Assembly (NCBI GenBank): GCA_024636785.1
Contig: JAGXGK010000017.1
Span: forward strand, 42,284-106,283
Reading direction: 5' to 3'
Origin: Gammaproteobacteria bacterium
GTDB taxonomy: Bacteria; Pseudomonadota; Gammaproteobacteria; SZUA-229
Length of the DNA: 64,000 bases
In this document: positions 39,506 through 49,909 of the stretch, in pieces
How positions within the stretch are numbered: the first letter of the stretch is position 1
How the letters are laid out: every line of letters starts with the position of its first letter
Translations under genes and position numbers: made by a program
The notes under the pieces: generated by a model
The model's input: the letters and a program-made list of their open reading frames with translations, nothing else
Told to the model about the DNA's origin: nothing
The model's database searches: none

Positions 39506-40375
39506 TTAATCGCAACCTGTTGACGTAGTCCGGGGAATTTTTTCATAGATACTGAAAAACTGATCACAGTGCTCATGCGTTTTACTATCGTAATAAAGCG
39601 TTTTTAGCATGAAATCGGCCGGCGGTCGTAACAGCTCGCCCCCGAGCAGCGTATCATACGAAGCACCACCAATAAGACGGTGCACCTGAGTGAGATAGAT
39701 ACAATCCAGTACGTCCGCCTGTAATAATGTTTCCAGCACGACCGGTCCGGCAATTGAATAAATATTGTAAAGCCCGGCTGAGGTCAGCTGTTCGATCAGC
39801 TGCTGACCATCAACGTCTTTGCCCTCACCGGCAAAAAGTAATTTTACACCGCTGTTTTCTATCACTCGGACGGCTTCAGCATCGGCACCTTTACCAGTAG
39901 CGACATAAACCACTCGGTCAGTGGTGGCACATAATTCTGCCAGTGGCAGATCCAGACTTGCGCTGAGTACCACCACCGCCGGTTGCGGCGTTAGCCCCTG
40001 TTCCCTGCGCCAGGCCAGCAGATCTTCAAAAACCGGATCGTTGCCGATCGGCATATTATCCTGTGCCTCACCACGCACAAGTTCACGTAAGAAACGCGCG
40101 CTGACCAGCAGCACATCGGCGCGTGCCGCGAGTTCCTGATACAGGCGCCAGTCACGCGGATTTGTGATGGTTCTGGGCACACCCCGTTTACCCGTTACCG
40201 GCTGCTCGATAGCGATACGCCCATCCAGACTGACGATGAAATTGGTATACACCCAGGCGCGCCGCTCATCACTGTCCCGACCAAAAGGGGTATTGAGATA
40301 TAGCCCTTCCAGCTCATATTCAGTGCCAGGCTGAGGATAAAGGCGGGTAACAGTGTCTGAATTTATTGATGACAT
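39506..40375 (-). CDS. RibD C-terminal domain / dihydrofolate-reductase-like reductase
   Basis: 289 aa; DGRIAIEQPVTGKRG and NADPH-binding pattern of the RibD_C family. Confidence 0.7.
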   Translation of the reverse strand: MSSINSDTVTRLYPQPGTEYELEGLYLNTPFGRDSDERRAWVYTNFIVSLDGRIAIEQPVTGKRGVPRTITNPRDWRLYQELAARADVLLVSARFLRELVRGEAQDNMPIGNDPVFEDLLAWRREQGLTPQPAVVVLSASLDLPLAELCATTDRVVYVATGKGADAEAVRVIENSGVKLLFAGEGKDVDGQQLIEQLTSAGLYNIYSIAGPVVLETLLQADVLDCIYLTQVHRLIGGASYDTLLGGELLRPPADFMLKTLYYDSKTHEHCDQFFSIYEKIPRTTSTGCD

Positions 40376-40681
40376 ATTACTTTCAATGAAGACTGAAAGT
40401 CTGAAAGACTGAATAAATCCCGCTGATTAAATTAAATCCCTTTGTAGAAACGTGAACATTAAATGAAAATATTTTTAGAGCAAGCATCATTTGGTTAGCA
40501 CCATATACTAAATGTTATTGTGATTTTAGAGATTATATTTAGCTTTGAAGTACAAAGAATTGTAATTCATCAATGGTTTTATGTACAAGATATATACCTC
40601 AAATGAAAAAAATAATTTCAATAGAAATAATATCGTTATACATAGGAAATCAGTATATTGAGTTCATCAAAATACGTAAAA

Positions 40682-40695
40682 TTGATAATTTTCAA
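40682..40695. promoter_or_regulatory. FNR/FixK-type box TTGAT-AATT-TTCAA
   Basis: About 80 bp upstream of ORF 40771 in an AT-rich intergenic region. Confidence 0.45.
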
Positions 40696-40770
40696 TGATT
40701 GATATGCGCACTATGATTAGGCTAAAAATATAAATAATTATTTAAATAAATAATTTATATAAGGATTATC

Positions 40771-41322
40771 ATGTCAATCATTAATACCAGTTCTATCTAT
40801 TTTAAAAGTTTATTATTACTGAGCGCTATGATGCTTGTGCTCACAACTATTGACGCTATATCCGAACAGACGAAAAGCAAACAATCAACTAACGACGACG
40901 TTGAAGCACAGAAAATGAAGAAGGAGTGGTCGGAGGCGATTGAAACTCTTAAGCAATATTCCGCCACTCAACGTGATGAAGCGCTTTCACAGGCGCAACA
41001 AACACTGACGGCGATGGATAGACGTATTGAACAATTACAAACACGCGCTGAAAAAGAATGGCGGTCAATGAGTAAAAATATGCGCGAACGTCATGAAGAA
41101 ACCTTACGAAACTTAAGGCGGGAGCGCAACGGACTGGCCGAATGGTATGGCGGCATGAAATACAGCTCAGACAACGCCTGGGAGGAAGTTAAGCAGGGAT
41201 TTATCACTGCATATGGCTCACTCAGCGACTCTTCTGGTAGAGCATATTCTGAATTTTCCAAATCGAATAATAAAGATCGCAGTAAAAAGGGTGATAAGAA
41301 AAAAGACAATAGAAACCAATGA
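40771..41322 (+). CDS. Secreted coiled-coil protein with Lys-rich C-terminus (function unknown)
   Basis: Signal/TM segment followed by a charged helical region. An FNR-type box lies upstream. Confidence 0.4.
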   Translation: MSIINTSSIYFKSLLLLSAMMLVLTTIDAISEQTKSKQSTNDDVEAQKMKKEWSEAIETLKQYSATQRDEALSQAQQTLTAMDRRIEQLQTRAEKEWRSMSKNMRERHEETLRNLRRERNGLAEWYGGMKYSSDNAWEEVKQGFITAYGSLSDSSGRAYSEFSKSNNKDRSKKGDKKKDNRNQ

Positions 41323-41452
41323 AACTCACTCCTAAACAATAGAGCAGTGGAAATGTTATATTTAAAGGTGCATAATTATGAACATGATTATCATTAATCT
41401 AAACTGGTAAAATCAAAACTTTATTAATCCTCAACTGGACAGGCTAAACATT

Positions 41453-42031
41453 ATGACAGAACACCAACTCCCCGAACTACCGTATGCTGAAAATGCACTT
41501 GAACCACACATCTCGGCGGAAACGATACAATATCATTACGGCAAGCATCACGCGACTTATGTGGAAAAATTAAATACGCTGATAAAAAACACGGAATTCG
41601 AATCCTCCACACTGGAGGAGATAATCAAGGGTGCATCCGGCGGTATATTTAACAACGCCGCTCAGGTCTGGAATCACAGCTTTTACTGGAACTGTATGAG
41701 TCCTGATGGTAGTGGTAAAGCTGAAGGTGATCTGGCTGCGGCTATCAATGACACTTTCAATAGTTTCGACGAATTCAAAAATAAATTTGCCGAATCCGCT
41801 ACCGGTAATTTTGGTTCCGGCTGGACCTGGCTGGTAAAAAATTCTGATGGCCGACTGGAGATTGTCAACACCAGCAATGCGGGAAATCCGATAACCGAAG
41901 GCCAGCAACCCCTGCTCACTTGTGATGTCTGGGAACATGCTTATTATATTGATTACCGAAACGCACGCCCCAAATATCTTGATGCCTTCTGGCAGCTTGT
42001 AAACTGGGATTTTGTCGCGAAAAACTTTTGA
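41453..42031 (+). CDS. sodB: Fe-type superoxide dismutase
   Basis: [27 protein letters not shown] and [14 protein letters not shown] (Fe-SOD signature). Confidence 0.93.
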   Translation: MTEHQLPELPYAENALEPHISAETIQYHYGKHHATYVEKLNTLIKNTEFESSTLEEIIKGASGGIFNNAAQVWNHSFYWNCMSPDGSGKAEGDLAAAINDTFNSFDEFKNKFAESATGNFGSGWTWLVKNSDGRLEIVNTSNAGNPITEGQQPLLTCDVWEHAYYIDYRNARPKYLDAFWQLVNWDFVAKNF

Positions 42032-42078
42032 TCATAAGGTTTTTCTGTCAAGCCGGTTTTATTTAGAGGTAGCGCAAC

Positions 42079-42444
42079 ATGCAGGACACTAGAAAGATTG
42101 TCGAGAATCCGGATCTTCCCAGTCCAAAACGCGCAGATCGCGAAGTCGATCTGAAAAACTGGAATGAAGATCAGGGACGGCGTAATGCTAAAGAGGAAGG
42201 CGTTGAGATGACAGATGCGCACTGGGAAATCATTTATTTCCTGCGTGACTACTATCTCGAGCATGGCCCGGTTGAAAATGCACGAGAGCTCAGTGATGCA
42301 TTGAATAACCAGTTTGTGGATAAAGGTGGACGAAAATACTTACGTCAACTGTTCCCGCAAGGTCCGGTTGGACAAGGCATGCGTATCGCCGGCCTGAAAG
42401 CACCGCCATTGACAGAAGGTGACGGTTTCGGCGTTAGCTACTGA
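42079..42444 (+). CDS. DsrC/TusE-family protein lacking both conserved C-terminal cysteines
   Basis: DsrE/DsrC fold signature (RELSDALNNQF...YLRQLFPQGPVGQGMRIAGLKAPP) but the C-terminus is ...LTEGDGFGVSY with no Cys. Confidence 0.7.
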   Translation: MQDTRKIVENPDLPSPKRADREVDLKNWNEDQGRRNAKEEGVEMTDAHWEIIYFLRDYYLEHGPVENARELSDALNNQFVDKGGRKYLRQLFPQGPVGQGMRIAGLKAPPLTEGDGFGVSY

Positions 42445-42587
42445 GTAAATAATTTAAAATATTTTTTTACCTGAACAAATAGAGTCAGAATCATATCAAC
42501 GCTGCATTAATGGCGTGATGTACTGACAGAGTGGAGATTTATCAATGTACTGGGCTGGCAGGTTAACCTATAGATCCGGACTACCCC

Positions 42588-42935
42588 GTGTTTGAATATA
42601 TCCTACACCCTCTGCTGGTTTATAGCCTCAGCATTATGTTCGGCGTACTGATACTCGCCGCCGCCATTCCATACGTCGCCCGCATCCGTCACCCGAAACA
42701 GAAACCGCTCGCCGCTTACCTCATTTTCATTTCCGCATTTGTAGTCAGCGCATCGATTTTCTTCAATCTGCTGGCATGGCTGGCTTACAAACTCGATCTG
42801 GGTGGAGCTCTTAGCAAGCCAGCTCCGGCAGTGCTGTTTCTCGTGCTGGTATTCATTCCCGCCATAATCCTGGCTCGATGGCTGGCCCGTAAACCACCCT
42901 GGCGACCGATGGGTACGGACAAACCACCGGACTAA
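42588..42935 (+). CDS. Small integral membrane protein (3-4 TM), unknown function
   Basis: Hydrophobic profile only. Confidence 0.4.
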   Translation: MFEYILHPLLVYSLSIMFGVLILAAAIPYVARIRHPKQKPLAAYLIFISAFVVSASIFFNLLAWLAYKLDLGGALSKPAPAVLFLVLVFIPAIILARWLARKPPWRPMGTDKPPD

Positions 42936-43111
42936 TTCAAATTTCAGATCGAATGCATTCAGCATAGTGGTGCAAAAAAATATTGATTATGAAATGGCAT
43001 TCAGTTCTATTTTTTTCATGCGTCTTACATTGAGCATTTATTCATAAAAAATACGCTCTTCTCCGCGCCTCAGCGGTAAGAATTTTTTAATATCACCTCG
43101 GAGTAAAAATA

Positions 43112-43435
43112 ATGCGCGACTATGACAACATGCCGGTTTTAGATTGGAAAGATCTCAATGCACACGAAAAAGCCAGCGCCCAGATTCTTCATCAGGAGCC
43201 GGTTATATTACAGATGCTGGATAACTTTGACAGTTCTGTGGATGCTGATTCATTCGGCTGTCAGCACCAGTCGGATACGGGTATTTTCTATAACTGCGAT
43301 GGTTATAAAATTTTACAACAGTTAGCGACGCAAAATAAACTTCCCGGATTGAACACTGTCGCTGATGCCTGTTTAGAGTCGAGTTCATTGGTAGACATTG
43401 ACAGCAAGCAAAATAGAATTATTGTGCATGACTGA
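43112..43435 (+). CDS. Hypothetical protein
   Basis: 107-aa ORF with a plausible RBS (GGAG) and no recognisable motifs. Confidence 0.35.
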   Translation: MRDYDNMPVLDWKDLNAHEKASAQILHQEPVILQMLDNFDSSVDADSFGCQHQSDTGIFYNCDGYKILQQLATQNKLPGLNTVADACLESSSLVDIDSKQNRIIVHD

Positions 43436-43510
43436 ATAACTGTCTGCGCAGGGTTATAAATATCGACCTCTACTGCATCGAAACCGGCCTCCAACCTCGA
43501 AACAAAAAAT

Positions 43511-46198
43511 ATGGCTGACAAACAGAACTGGCACGATAAAACCAGAGAGCAGGTACTTTCAGAACTTGAGACCAGTGCCGATGGTCTCGGTGATGACGAG
43601 GTTAGACACAGGCAGGAAAGTTATGGACCTAATCGCCTGCCACAGGCCGAGACTACCGGATTCTTAAAGCGTTTCCTGCACCAGTTCGACAACATACTCA
43701 TCTTTGTACTGATCGGTGCCGCTGCCATTACCGCCCTGCTGGGGCACTGGATCGACACCTCGGTCATTCTCGCTGTTGTGATCGTCAATGCCATCATCGG
43801 ATTTATTCAGGAAGGTAAGGCGGAAACGGCGATGGATGCAATCCGCAACATGCTCGCGCCCAAAGCCTCGGTGCTGCGCGATGGCCATCGCCACACTGTT
43901 GATGGTGAAGCGCTGGTTCCCGGTGACATCGTGCTGCTGGAGGCGGGTGACAAGGTGCCCGCCGATCTACGCCTGCTCAAGTTACGCGGATTGCAGATAC
44001 AGGAGGCCATCCTCACCGGCGAATCCATGTCGGTTGATAAACAGACAGAGCCGGTCGACGCCAACGCCCCGCTGGGTGATCGCCAATGCCTGGCTTTCAG
44101 CGGTACCACCGTTACCAGTGGTCAGGGCAAAGGCGTAGTGGTGGTGATTGGTGAGGACACTGAAGTCGGTCGCATCAGCGGCATGCTCTCCGAGGTACAG
44201 ACCCTGACCACGCCTCTTGTCGAACAAATGGATGCCTTCGCCAAAAAGCTAACCCTGTTCATTATTGCTATCGCCGTACTGATTCTATCCATCGGCTATT
44301 TCATTCTGCATCACGATTTTACCGAGCTGTTTATGGCCGTAGTCGGTCTTATTGTCGCCGCCATTCCCGAAGGCCTGCCGGCGGTACTGACCATCACTCT
44401 GGCCGTGGGTGTGCAGGTCATGGCAAAGCGCAATGCCATTATCCGGCGTATGCCCGCAATCGAAACACTGGGTTCGGTATCGGTGATCTGCGCCGATAAA
44501 ACCGGAACACTCACCCGCAACGAAATGAGCGTCGCTAAAGTGGCAACCCATGATCAATCATTTGATGTTGACGGTGAAGGCTATGAACCGGCAGGTGAAA
44601 TCAAACAGGAAGGTGACATCATCACCCCCGGCGATCATCCACAACTGATGGAGATGGCGCGTGCCGCCCTGCTCTGTAACGACGCCGAGCTGAAAAACAA
44701 TACGGCTGGCTGGACTACTGAGGGTGACCCCATGGAAGGCGCACTGCTGGCATTCGCAGGCCGCACAGGAATCAACTGTAAGGAACAGCTTAAGCAGTGG
44801 ACACGTACGGATGAGATCCCCTTTGATGCCCAGCATAAATACATGGCAACCCTCAATCATGATCACGAAGACCATGCCTTTATCTTCGTTAAGGGCGCGC
44901 CGGAAACTATTTTATCCATGTGCCACCAGCAGCGCAGTGGTGAAAATGATAGCTCGCCTCTGAACAAAGATGAGTGGCACGAACTGGCTGATGAAATTGC
45001 GTCTCAGGGCCAACGGGTGCTGGCACTGGCCATGAAACCGGTGCCACCTGAGCACACCGTACTGGAACATAGTGATTTCGAAGATTCACTGCTACTAGTG
45101 GGCATGATTGGCCTTATTGATCCACCCCGCAAGGAGACCATTGATGCTGTAGAAGAGTGTCATAACGCAGGCATTAGCGTAAAGATGATTACCGGTGATC
45201 ACGCCGCCACAGCCGGTGCTATCGGTCAACAGATTGGTCTGAAACACGCTGACAAGGTTCTGACCGGCACCGACATTGATAAGCTGAGCGATGCCGAACT
45301 GCGTGACGCAGTCATGGAGACCGACGTATTTGCGCGCGCCAGTCCGGAACATAAACTTCGGCTGGTGACCGCGTTGCAGGCTCATGAACTGGTCGTGGCC
45401 ATGACCGGCGACGGTGTCAATGATGCGCCGGCATTAAAACGTGCCGATGCCGGTATCGCCATGGGACAAAAAGGCAGCGAAGCCGCCAAGGAGGCGTCGG
45501 AACTGGTGCTGACCGATGACAATTTCGCCTCCATCGCCGCTGCCGTGCGCGAAGGTCGCACGGTATATGACAATATCAAGAAAGTCATCAGCTGGACCCT
45601 GCCCACCAACGGCGGCGAAGCCTCGACCATCATGCTGGCACTGATGCTGGGCATGGCATTGCCGATCACCCCTATCCAGATTCTCTGGGTCAATATGATC
45701 ACTGCGGTTACACTGGGTATCGCCCTCGCCTTCGAACCGACGCAGGAAGATGCCATGAAGCGACCGCCGCGCCCGCGCAACCAGCCGCTGTTAACCGGCG
45801 AACTGGTATGGCACATCATACTGGTAACAACATTGTTTCTGGGCGGTGTCTTCGGCATACATACTTACGCCCTTGCACAGGGATACTCCCTGGAGTTGGC
45901 ACGCACTATCGCCATGAATACACTGGTGATAATGGAGATATTTCACCTGCTGTATATACGCAATATTTCGCAAGTGTCATTAACCTGGAAGATGCTGCGT
46001 GGCACCAGGGCGGTATGGCTGGCGATAAGTGTGGTTATTATCGGTCAGCTGGCTATTACCTACTGGCCGTTCTTTCAGACGGTGTTCAGCACAGAAGCGG
46101 TTAGCTTTATAGATAGCCTGCTCATCATCGCCATCGGTGTGCTGCTGTTTGTCTGCATAGAAATTGAAAAACAGATCCGGCTGCGACTATTTGACTAA
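43511..46198 (+). CDS. Cation-transporting P-type ATPase (P2/P3-type; Ca2+/Na+/Mg2+ class)
   Basis: DKTGTLT phosphorylation site, [19 protein letters not shown] hinge. 895 aa. Confidence 0.9.
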   Translation: MADKQNWHDKTREQVLSELETSADGLGDDEVRHRQESYGPNRLPQAETTGFLKRFLHQFDNILIFVLIGAAAITALLGHWIDTSVILAVVIVNAIIGFIQEGKAETAMDAIRNMLAPKASVLRDGHRHTVDGEALVPGDIVLLEAGDKVPADLRLLKLRGLQIQEAILTGESMSVDKQTEPVDANAPLGDRQCLAFSGTTVTSGQGKGVVVVIGEDTEVGRISGMLSEVQTLTTPLVEQMDAFAKKLTLFIIAIAVLILSIGYFILHHDFTELFMAVVGLIVAAIPEGLPAVLTITLAVGVQVMAKRNAIIRRMPAIETLGSVSVICADKTGTLTRNEMSVAKVATHDQSFDVDGEGYEPAGEIKQEGDIITPGDHPQLMEMARAALLCNDAELKNNTAGWTTEGDPMEGALLAFAGRTGINCKEQLKQWTRTDEIPFDAQHKYMATLNHDHEDHAFIFVKGAPETILSMCHQQRSGENDSSPLNKDEWHELADEIASQGQRVLALAMKPVPPEHTVLEHSDFEDSLLLVGMIGLIDPPRKETIDAVEECHNAGISVKMITGDHAATAGAIGQQIGLKHADKVLTGTDIDKLSDAELRDAVMETDVFARASPEHKLRLVTALQAHELVVAMTGDGVNDAPALKRADAGIAMGQKGSEAAKEASELVLTDDNFASIAAAVREGRTVYDNIKKVISWTLPTNGGEASTIMLALMLGMALPITPIQILWVNMITAVTLGIALAFEPTQEDAMKRPPRPRNQPLLTGELVWHIILVTTLFLGGVFGIHTYALAQGYSLELARTIAMNTLVIMEIFHLLYIRNISQVSLTWKMLRGTRAVWLAISVVIIGQLAITYWPFFQTVFSTEAVSFIDSLLIIAIGVLLFVCIEIEKQIRLRLFD

Positions 46199-46304
46199 AG
46201 CATTTAAAAGCTTAAGTCCACCGGTATACCCTTAATTATTTAAATGCATCCTAATACAACTTACTGTTTATATTTCAGCTCACAATTATTGAAATAATGA
46301 AAAA

Positions 46305-46318
46305 TTGATAAATTTCAA
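46305..46318. promoter_or_regulatory. FNR/FixK-type box TTGAT-AAAT-TTCAA
   Basis: Exact reverse complement of the box at 48802-48815. About 45 bp upstream of ORF 46361. Confidence 0.45.
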
Positions 46319-46360
46319 TGCGCTGTTACATGCTACAGCATTAAGCTTTTTTTAAGAAGC

Positions 46361-46597
46361 ATGAACAGGAGAATCGCAATGAGAACCCCACATTTTGTAA
46401 CATCTATACGCCCATCAAATATTTTCTGGCTACTGGTATTGATGATTATTATGCTATTGGTATCGAGCAATGCACTGTCAGCCAACAGCTTTTCAGGTAC
46501 CGGGATCAACGATCATATAAATAATGAGTTAACGCCCGATCCTGCAGTACTTTTTAATACCCTGGACAAAGCATTGTTAAGCTCAGCGTCATGGTGA
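46361..46597 (+). CDS. Small membrane/secreted hypothetical protein
   Basis: TM helix FWLLVLMIIMLLVSS; preceded by an FNR-type box. Confidence 0.3.
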   Translation: MNRRIAMRTPHFVTSIRPSNIFWLLVLMIIMLLVSSNALSANSFSGTGINDHINNELTPDPAVLFNTLDKALLSSASW

Positions 46598-46908
46598 ACA
46601 ACATACTGGCGAAAAAGTGAGCCACTCGCATTTCGGATACAGTGCGGTAATGCGATCTATCATTAACAATATTGAAGTTGAACCACTCATTGCAAAATCC
46701 AGCAACAGCATAAAAAAAGATCTCAATAACGTATTGATTTATGATGCCGTTACCATCGCTAACGCCCTGATGAAGAAGTGCGTGAAGCGGTTAATGATGC
46801 ATGCTCCATGATCCCCGCGTTTAAGCCTTTAATTTGTGACGTTACTGTTACCAATGAAATTATCACTAATGGCATACAGTCACAGACTCAGGCCGGGTAG
46901 TCAGATTA

Positions 46909-47661
46909 ATGTTAGGAAAAGTCAATGATATTACAGGTTATGTTCTCGACACTAAGGACGGTGAATTTGGTCAATGCCATGATTTTCTGTTCGATGATCG
47001 TAACTGGACCATCCGCTATGCAGTGGTTAAAACTGCAAAATGGTTGCCGGGGCAGAAGGTGCTTATTTCTCCAGTTTTTCTGGGGAGTCCGGACTGGGTC
47101 AACCAGAGCATTCCGGTCAACCTGACGCGCCGTCAGATTGAAGAAAGTCCAACGCTGGAAGAACACGCGCCGGTCTCCCTGCAGTACGAAATTGATAATC
47201 ACGAATATTACGCTCTGCCGTTTTACTGGGTGAACCAGAATATGTGGCAGGCCAGGCCCGATTCAGCGGGTGTGATACATCCGGTTGTCGAACCGGAGCT
47301 ACCGGATGTGGATGAAATTGAAGCACAGGAAGGTCATCTGCGCTCAACTGAAGAGGTTAAAGGATATCGCATCATTGCCGGCGATGGCCCGGTTGGCCAC
47401 GTTGATGACTTTGTCATCGATGATATCAATTGGGTATTGCGTTATCTGGTGGTGGATACCCGCAACTGGTTGCCCGGTCGTAAGGTACTGGTGTCACCGG
47501 ACTGGATCGAATCGGTGCATTGGGTGGATAAAGATGTGCATCTTAATATCGACAGCGAGGTATTAAAAAACAGTCCTGAGTTTGATCTTTCACAACCGAT
47601 CAGCCGCAACTATGAGATCAAGCTTTATGACTTTTACGGACATCCATATTACTGGAGTTAA
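46909..47661 (+). CDS. Tandem PRC-barrel domain protein
   Basis: Two repeats of the PRC-barrel pattern (..DFLFDDRNWTIRYAVV.. and ..DFVIDDINWVLRYLVVD..). Confidence 0.75.
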   Translation: MLGKVNDITGYVLDTKDGEFGQCHDFLFDDRNWTIRYAVVKTAKWLPGQKVLISPVFLGSPDWVNQSIPVNLTRRQIEESPTLEEHAPVSLQYEIDNHEYYALPFYWVNQNMWQARPDSAGVIHPVVEPELPDVDEIEAQEGHLRSTEEVKGYRIIAGDGPVGHVDDFVIDDINWVLRYLVVDTRNWLPGRKVLVSPDWIESVHWVDKDVHLNIDSEVLKNSPEFDLSQPISRNYEIKLYDFYGHPYYWS

Positions 47662-47683
47662 GCATGTCTGACTCGCATATTAT

Positions 47684-47770
47684 CCGCGAAAATGCTAAGG
47701 ATACGAAAAAATCAAAAAACATATAAAATTGAAAATGTTTTTTTGACGTTATTCGCCTTCTTTGCGGACT
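47684..47770. repeat. Degenerate REP-like palindrome (CCGCGAAAATGCTAAGGATACGAAAAAA ... TTTTTTTGACGTTATTCGCCTTCTTTGCGGA)
   Basis: Same CGCGAA..CGAAAAA architecture as 28346 and 52771. Confidence 0.4.
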
Positions 47771-47823
47771 ATTTTTTATTTACGTATTTAACAGATTTAT
47801 AAATCTTTATAAATCCCAATGTT

Positions 47824-48327
47824 TTAACGTTGCCAGTAAACCCGCAAGATGCCAGCTTGATCGGTATACTGAATATCAAGATCGCCTTCATAGGCGCTGG
47901 CAATGGCTTCACCGACACCTCGTGGCAGATGCATGTCGGTAAAAGTAATGAGCGTTGAGCCATCATTCTGAGTTTCGGCATCCATAAGCCGTTTCATGGG
48001 GTGCTGGGCTTTTTGCGCTTCCACTTTATTGTGAACGAGATGCATAATCTCATCGTGATGTTGATCGAAAAATTCACCGCTTAAGGTCAGGTAACCTGCG
48101 GGTACTTTATCGTGAATACGCTGACACGCCGGGCACAATTGTTGGTTAGCATCCGCCGGTACTTCCGGTAGCCATTGCCAGCGACCACTGTTGAACACCA
48201 CGCCGCATTCCGGACACAGTGTTGGCTCAACCAGCTTGCCTCGTGCCATATAGGGGTCATGCACCTCCTCTTCCATCAGTCGATCATGTCGACCATGCTT
48301 TGCTACATCTCCGCTTTTCCAGGTCAT
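47824..48327 (-). CDS. Zinc-ribbon (CPEC..CPAC) hypothetical protein
   Basis: 167 aa; C-x2-C-x23-C-x2-C near the N-terminus; no family assignment made. Confidence 0.45.
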   Translation of the reverse strand: MTWKSGDVAKHGRHDRLMEEEVHDPYMARGKLVEPTLCPECGVVFNSGRWQWLPEVPADANQQLCPACQRIHDKVPAGYLTLSGEFFDQHHDEIMHLVHNKVEAQKAQHPMKRLMDAETQNDGSTLITFTDMHLPRGVGEAIASAYEGDLDIQYTDQAGILRVYWQR

Positions 48328-48390
48328 ATTTATCTCTCAGTTATCATGTTAGTTGTCGATTTGAATATCAAGCCAGTGGCTACATGCAGC

Positions 48391-48711
48391 TCATGGAATG
48401 ATATTGCGTGGATGACCGACATACTGGCCGGCTGCCACATCATTACGGTCGGCTTTTACCCGACATTGCGGTTTACCCGTCGCTATATCGAAGCTATTCC
48501 GCCAGTGAAACGGCTGAAGATTTTCCAGATCCTCGCCTCCGCCAGGCACAACAATTAATATGCTCCAGCCATAATCAGAATGGCTATTATTGTACTGATC
48601 ACGAAGCAACCACGCCCCGCATTGATCCTGTCGCCACTCCAGAGAATTTCGATTCGACATGACACGTGCTTTTTCCCATACTGCCTGTATGGCTTTATCA
48701 CTAAATATCAT
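48391..48711 (-). CDS. Small protein with degenerate HNH-like motif
   Basis: ...VVPGGGEDLENLQPFHWRNS resembles the HNH GG...NLQ..C..CN motif but lacks the catalytic DH. Confidence 0.35.
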   Translation of the reverse strand: MIFSDKAIQAVWEKARVMSNRNSLEWRQDQCGAWLLRDQYNNSHSDYGWSILIVVPGGGEDLENLQPFHWRNSFDIATGKPQCRVKADRNDVAAGQYVGHPRNIIP

Positions 48712-48801
48712 TATTTTTTTCCTGCAGATAGCTTGTTTAAATAAAATTATTGCACTGAAAAAAGATTAACAATATCAGACCTGAAGATTTGGCGACAAGC
48801 A

Positions 48802-48815
48802 TTGAAATTTATCAA
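48802..48815. promoter_or_regulatory. FNR/FixK-type box TTGAA-ATTT-ATCAA (perfect consensus)
   Basis: Lies between divergent genes 48711(-) and 48990(+). It is the reverse complement of the box at 46305. Confidence 0.5.
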
Positions 48816-48989
48816 TGACATAATCTGACGTAGTTCTAAGATATTAACATTAACAGGAAAAAACCATGCCCACATTAAAAGCTATCGAAATACTCTCTCC
48901 ATCGAATAAGAACCGGGAAGATGCTGCTGAGCTTGCGGTTAATATAAAAATTAGCAATAGTTTAGTAAGCTGAGCTGAGAGATAAAATT

Positions 48990-49304
48990 ATGTCAAAAGA
49001 TATCGATCCAATAGTTGATAGCTGGTACTGCCATCTCGATAAAGGCCAGCAATTTTTCGTAGCCGCTGTGGATGAGCATGCTCACACGGTTGAAACTCAG
49101 AATTTCGACGGTACGCTGGAAGAATATGATCTGGACATCTGGTATCAGCTTGATGTGGAACCGTGTGAAGCACCGGAAAGCTGGTCCGGTGCGGATGATG
49201 TCGGCAACGTTGACGACTACGGCACCGAAGTCACAGACACCGATCCCAAAGACTGGGATGAACCCGCCGAACAGTTCGCGCCTAAATATACCCGCTTTAA
49301 ATAG
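48990..49304 (+). CDS. Acidic hypothetical protein
   Basis: 104 aa, highly acidic (D/E-rich). Good RBS GAGAGATAAAATT-ATG. Confidence 0.4.
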   Translation: MSKDIDPIVDSWYCHLDKGQQFFVAAVDEHAHTVETQNFDGTLEEYDLDIWYQLDVEPCEAPESWSGADDVGNVDDYGTEVTDTDPKDWDEPAEQFAPKYTRFK

Positions 49305-49336
49305 GTGACTTGCGGGATCTATGAGATAAGTACGTT

Positions 49337-49476
49337 CACCGCAGAGGCGCAGAGGAAATAATGTTTTTAGTACAAACAATTCAGAATGCTATAGTGCCGA
49401 AATTAGTGCCTTATAATCAACAACGTAGTTATAAATCTGATTTGGTTTTTCTCTGCGTCTCCGCGCCTCTGCGGTT
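49337..49476. mobile_element. MITE-like element (TIR ACCGCAGAGGCGCAGAGGAAA / TTTCTCTGCG..CCTCTGCGGT)
   Basis: Inverted termini with an AT-rich core. The internal ...TTTGGTTTTTCTCTGCG junction is shared with the 60838-61158 element. Confidence 0.55.
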
Positions 49477-49501
49477 AAGTACCCTTAACTGCCAACTATG
49501 C

Positions 49502-49774
49502 TTAAACATTACGGTGACATAAAATCAGCTGTTCGCCCCACTGCTGCAACAACTGATCACGCACTGCCTGCTTATCCTTGCTCTGAATCAGCAGATCATG
49601 GTCTACATATAGATTGGTAGTCATCCAGCCTTCGTCCACCGGGCATTCTACCTGAATCAGCCATTCACCATCCTGCGGTTCGACTTCAAACAGATAGGCG
49701 CGTAATCCCAGAATATCAAATAACTCATTGGCAACCTCTCTGGCGGCGGCCAGTTGTGCTGTAGATACATTCAT
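49502..49774 (-). CDS. Hypothetical protein
   Basis: 90-aa ORF with no recognised motifs. Confidence 0.35.
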   Translation of the reverse strand: MNVSTAQLAAAREVANELFDILGLRAYLFEVEPQDGEWLIQVECPVDEGWMTTNLYVDHDLLIQSKDKQAVRDQLLQQWGEQLILCHRNV

Positions 49775-49909
49775 TTTTTTTCCTGCTAATTATATTGACA
49801 GCTTACGCATTGCCGGCCGCTTGATCATTGCGATTTTTCAATGCCTCAATTACGATGCTTGATCAAGATATGAAAGAATAGATCTGCAAACAACTGGAGC
49901 CTGAGATAA

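Noticed and set aside
41384-41398. Fur-box-like ATGATTATCATTAAT upstream of sodB
   Set aside because: Only about 12/15 match to the Fur consensus in an AT-rich region, and Fe-SOD is normally regulated indirectly. Too weak to call.
49821-49841. Additional FNR-like sequences TTGATCATTGCGATTTTTCAATG and TTGATCAAGAT near 49821-49875
   Set aside because: Half-sites have two or more mismatches or wrong spacing (N0 or N9). Not counted among the boxes.
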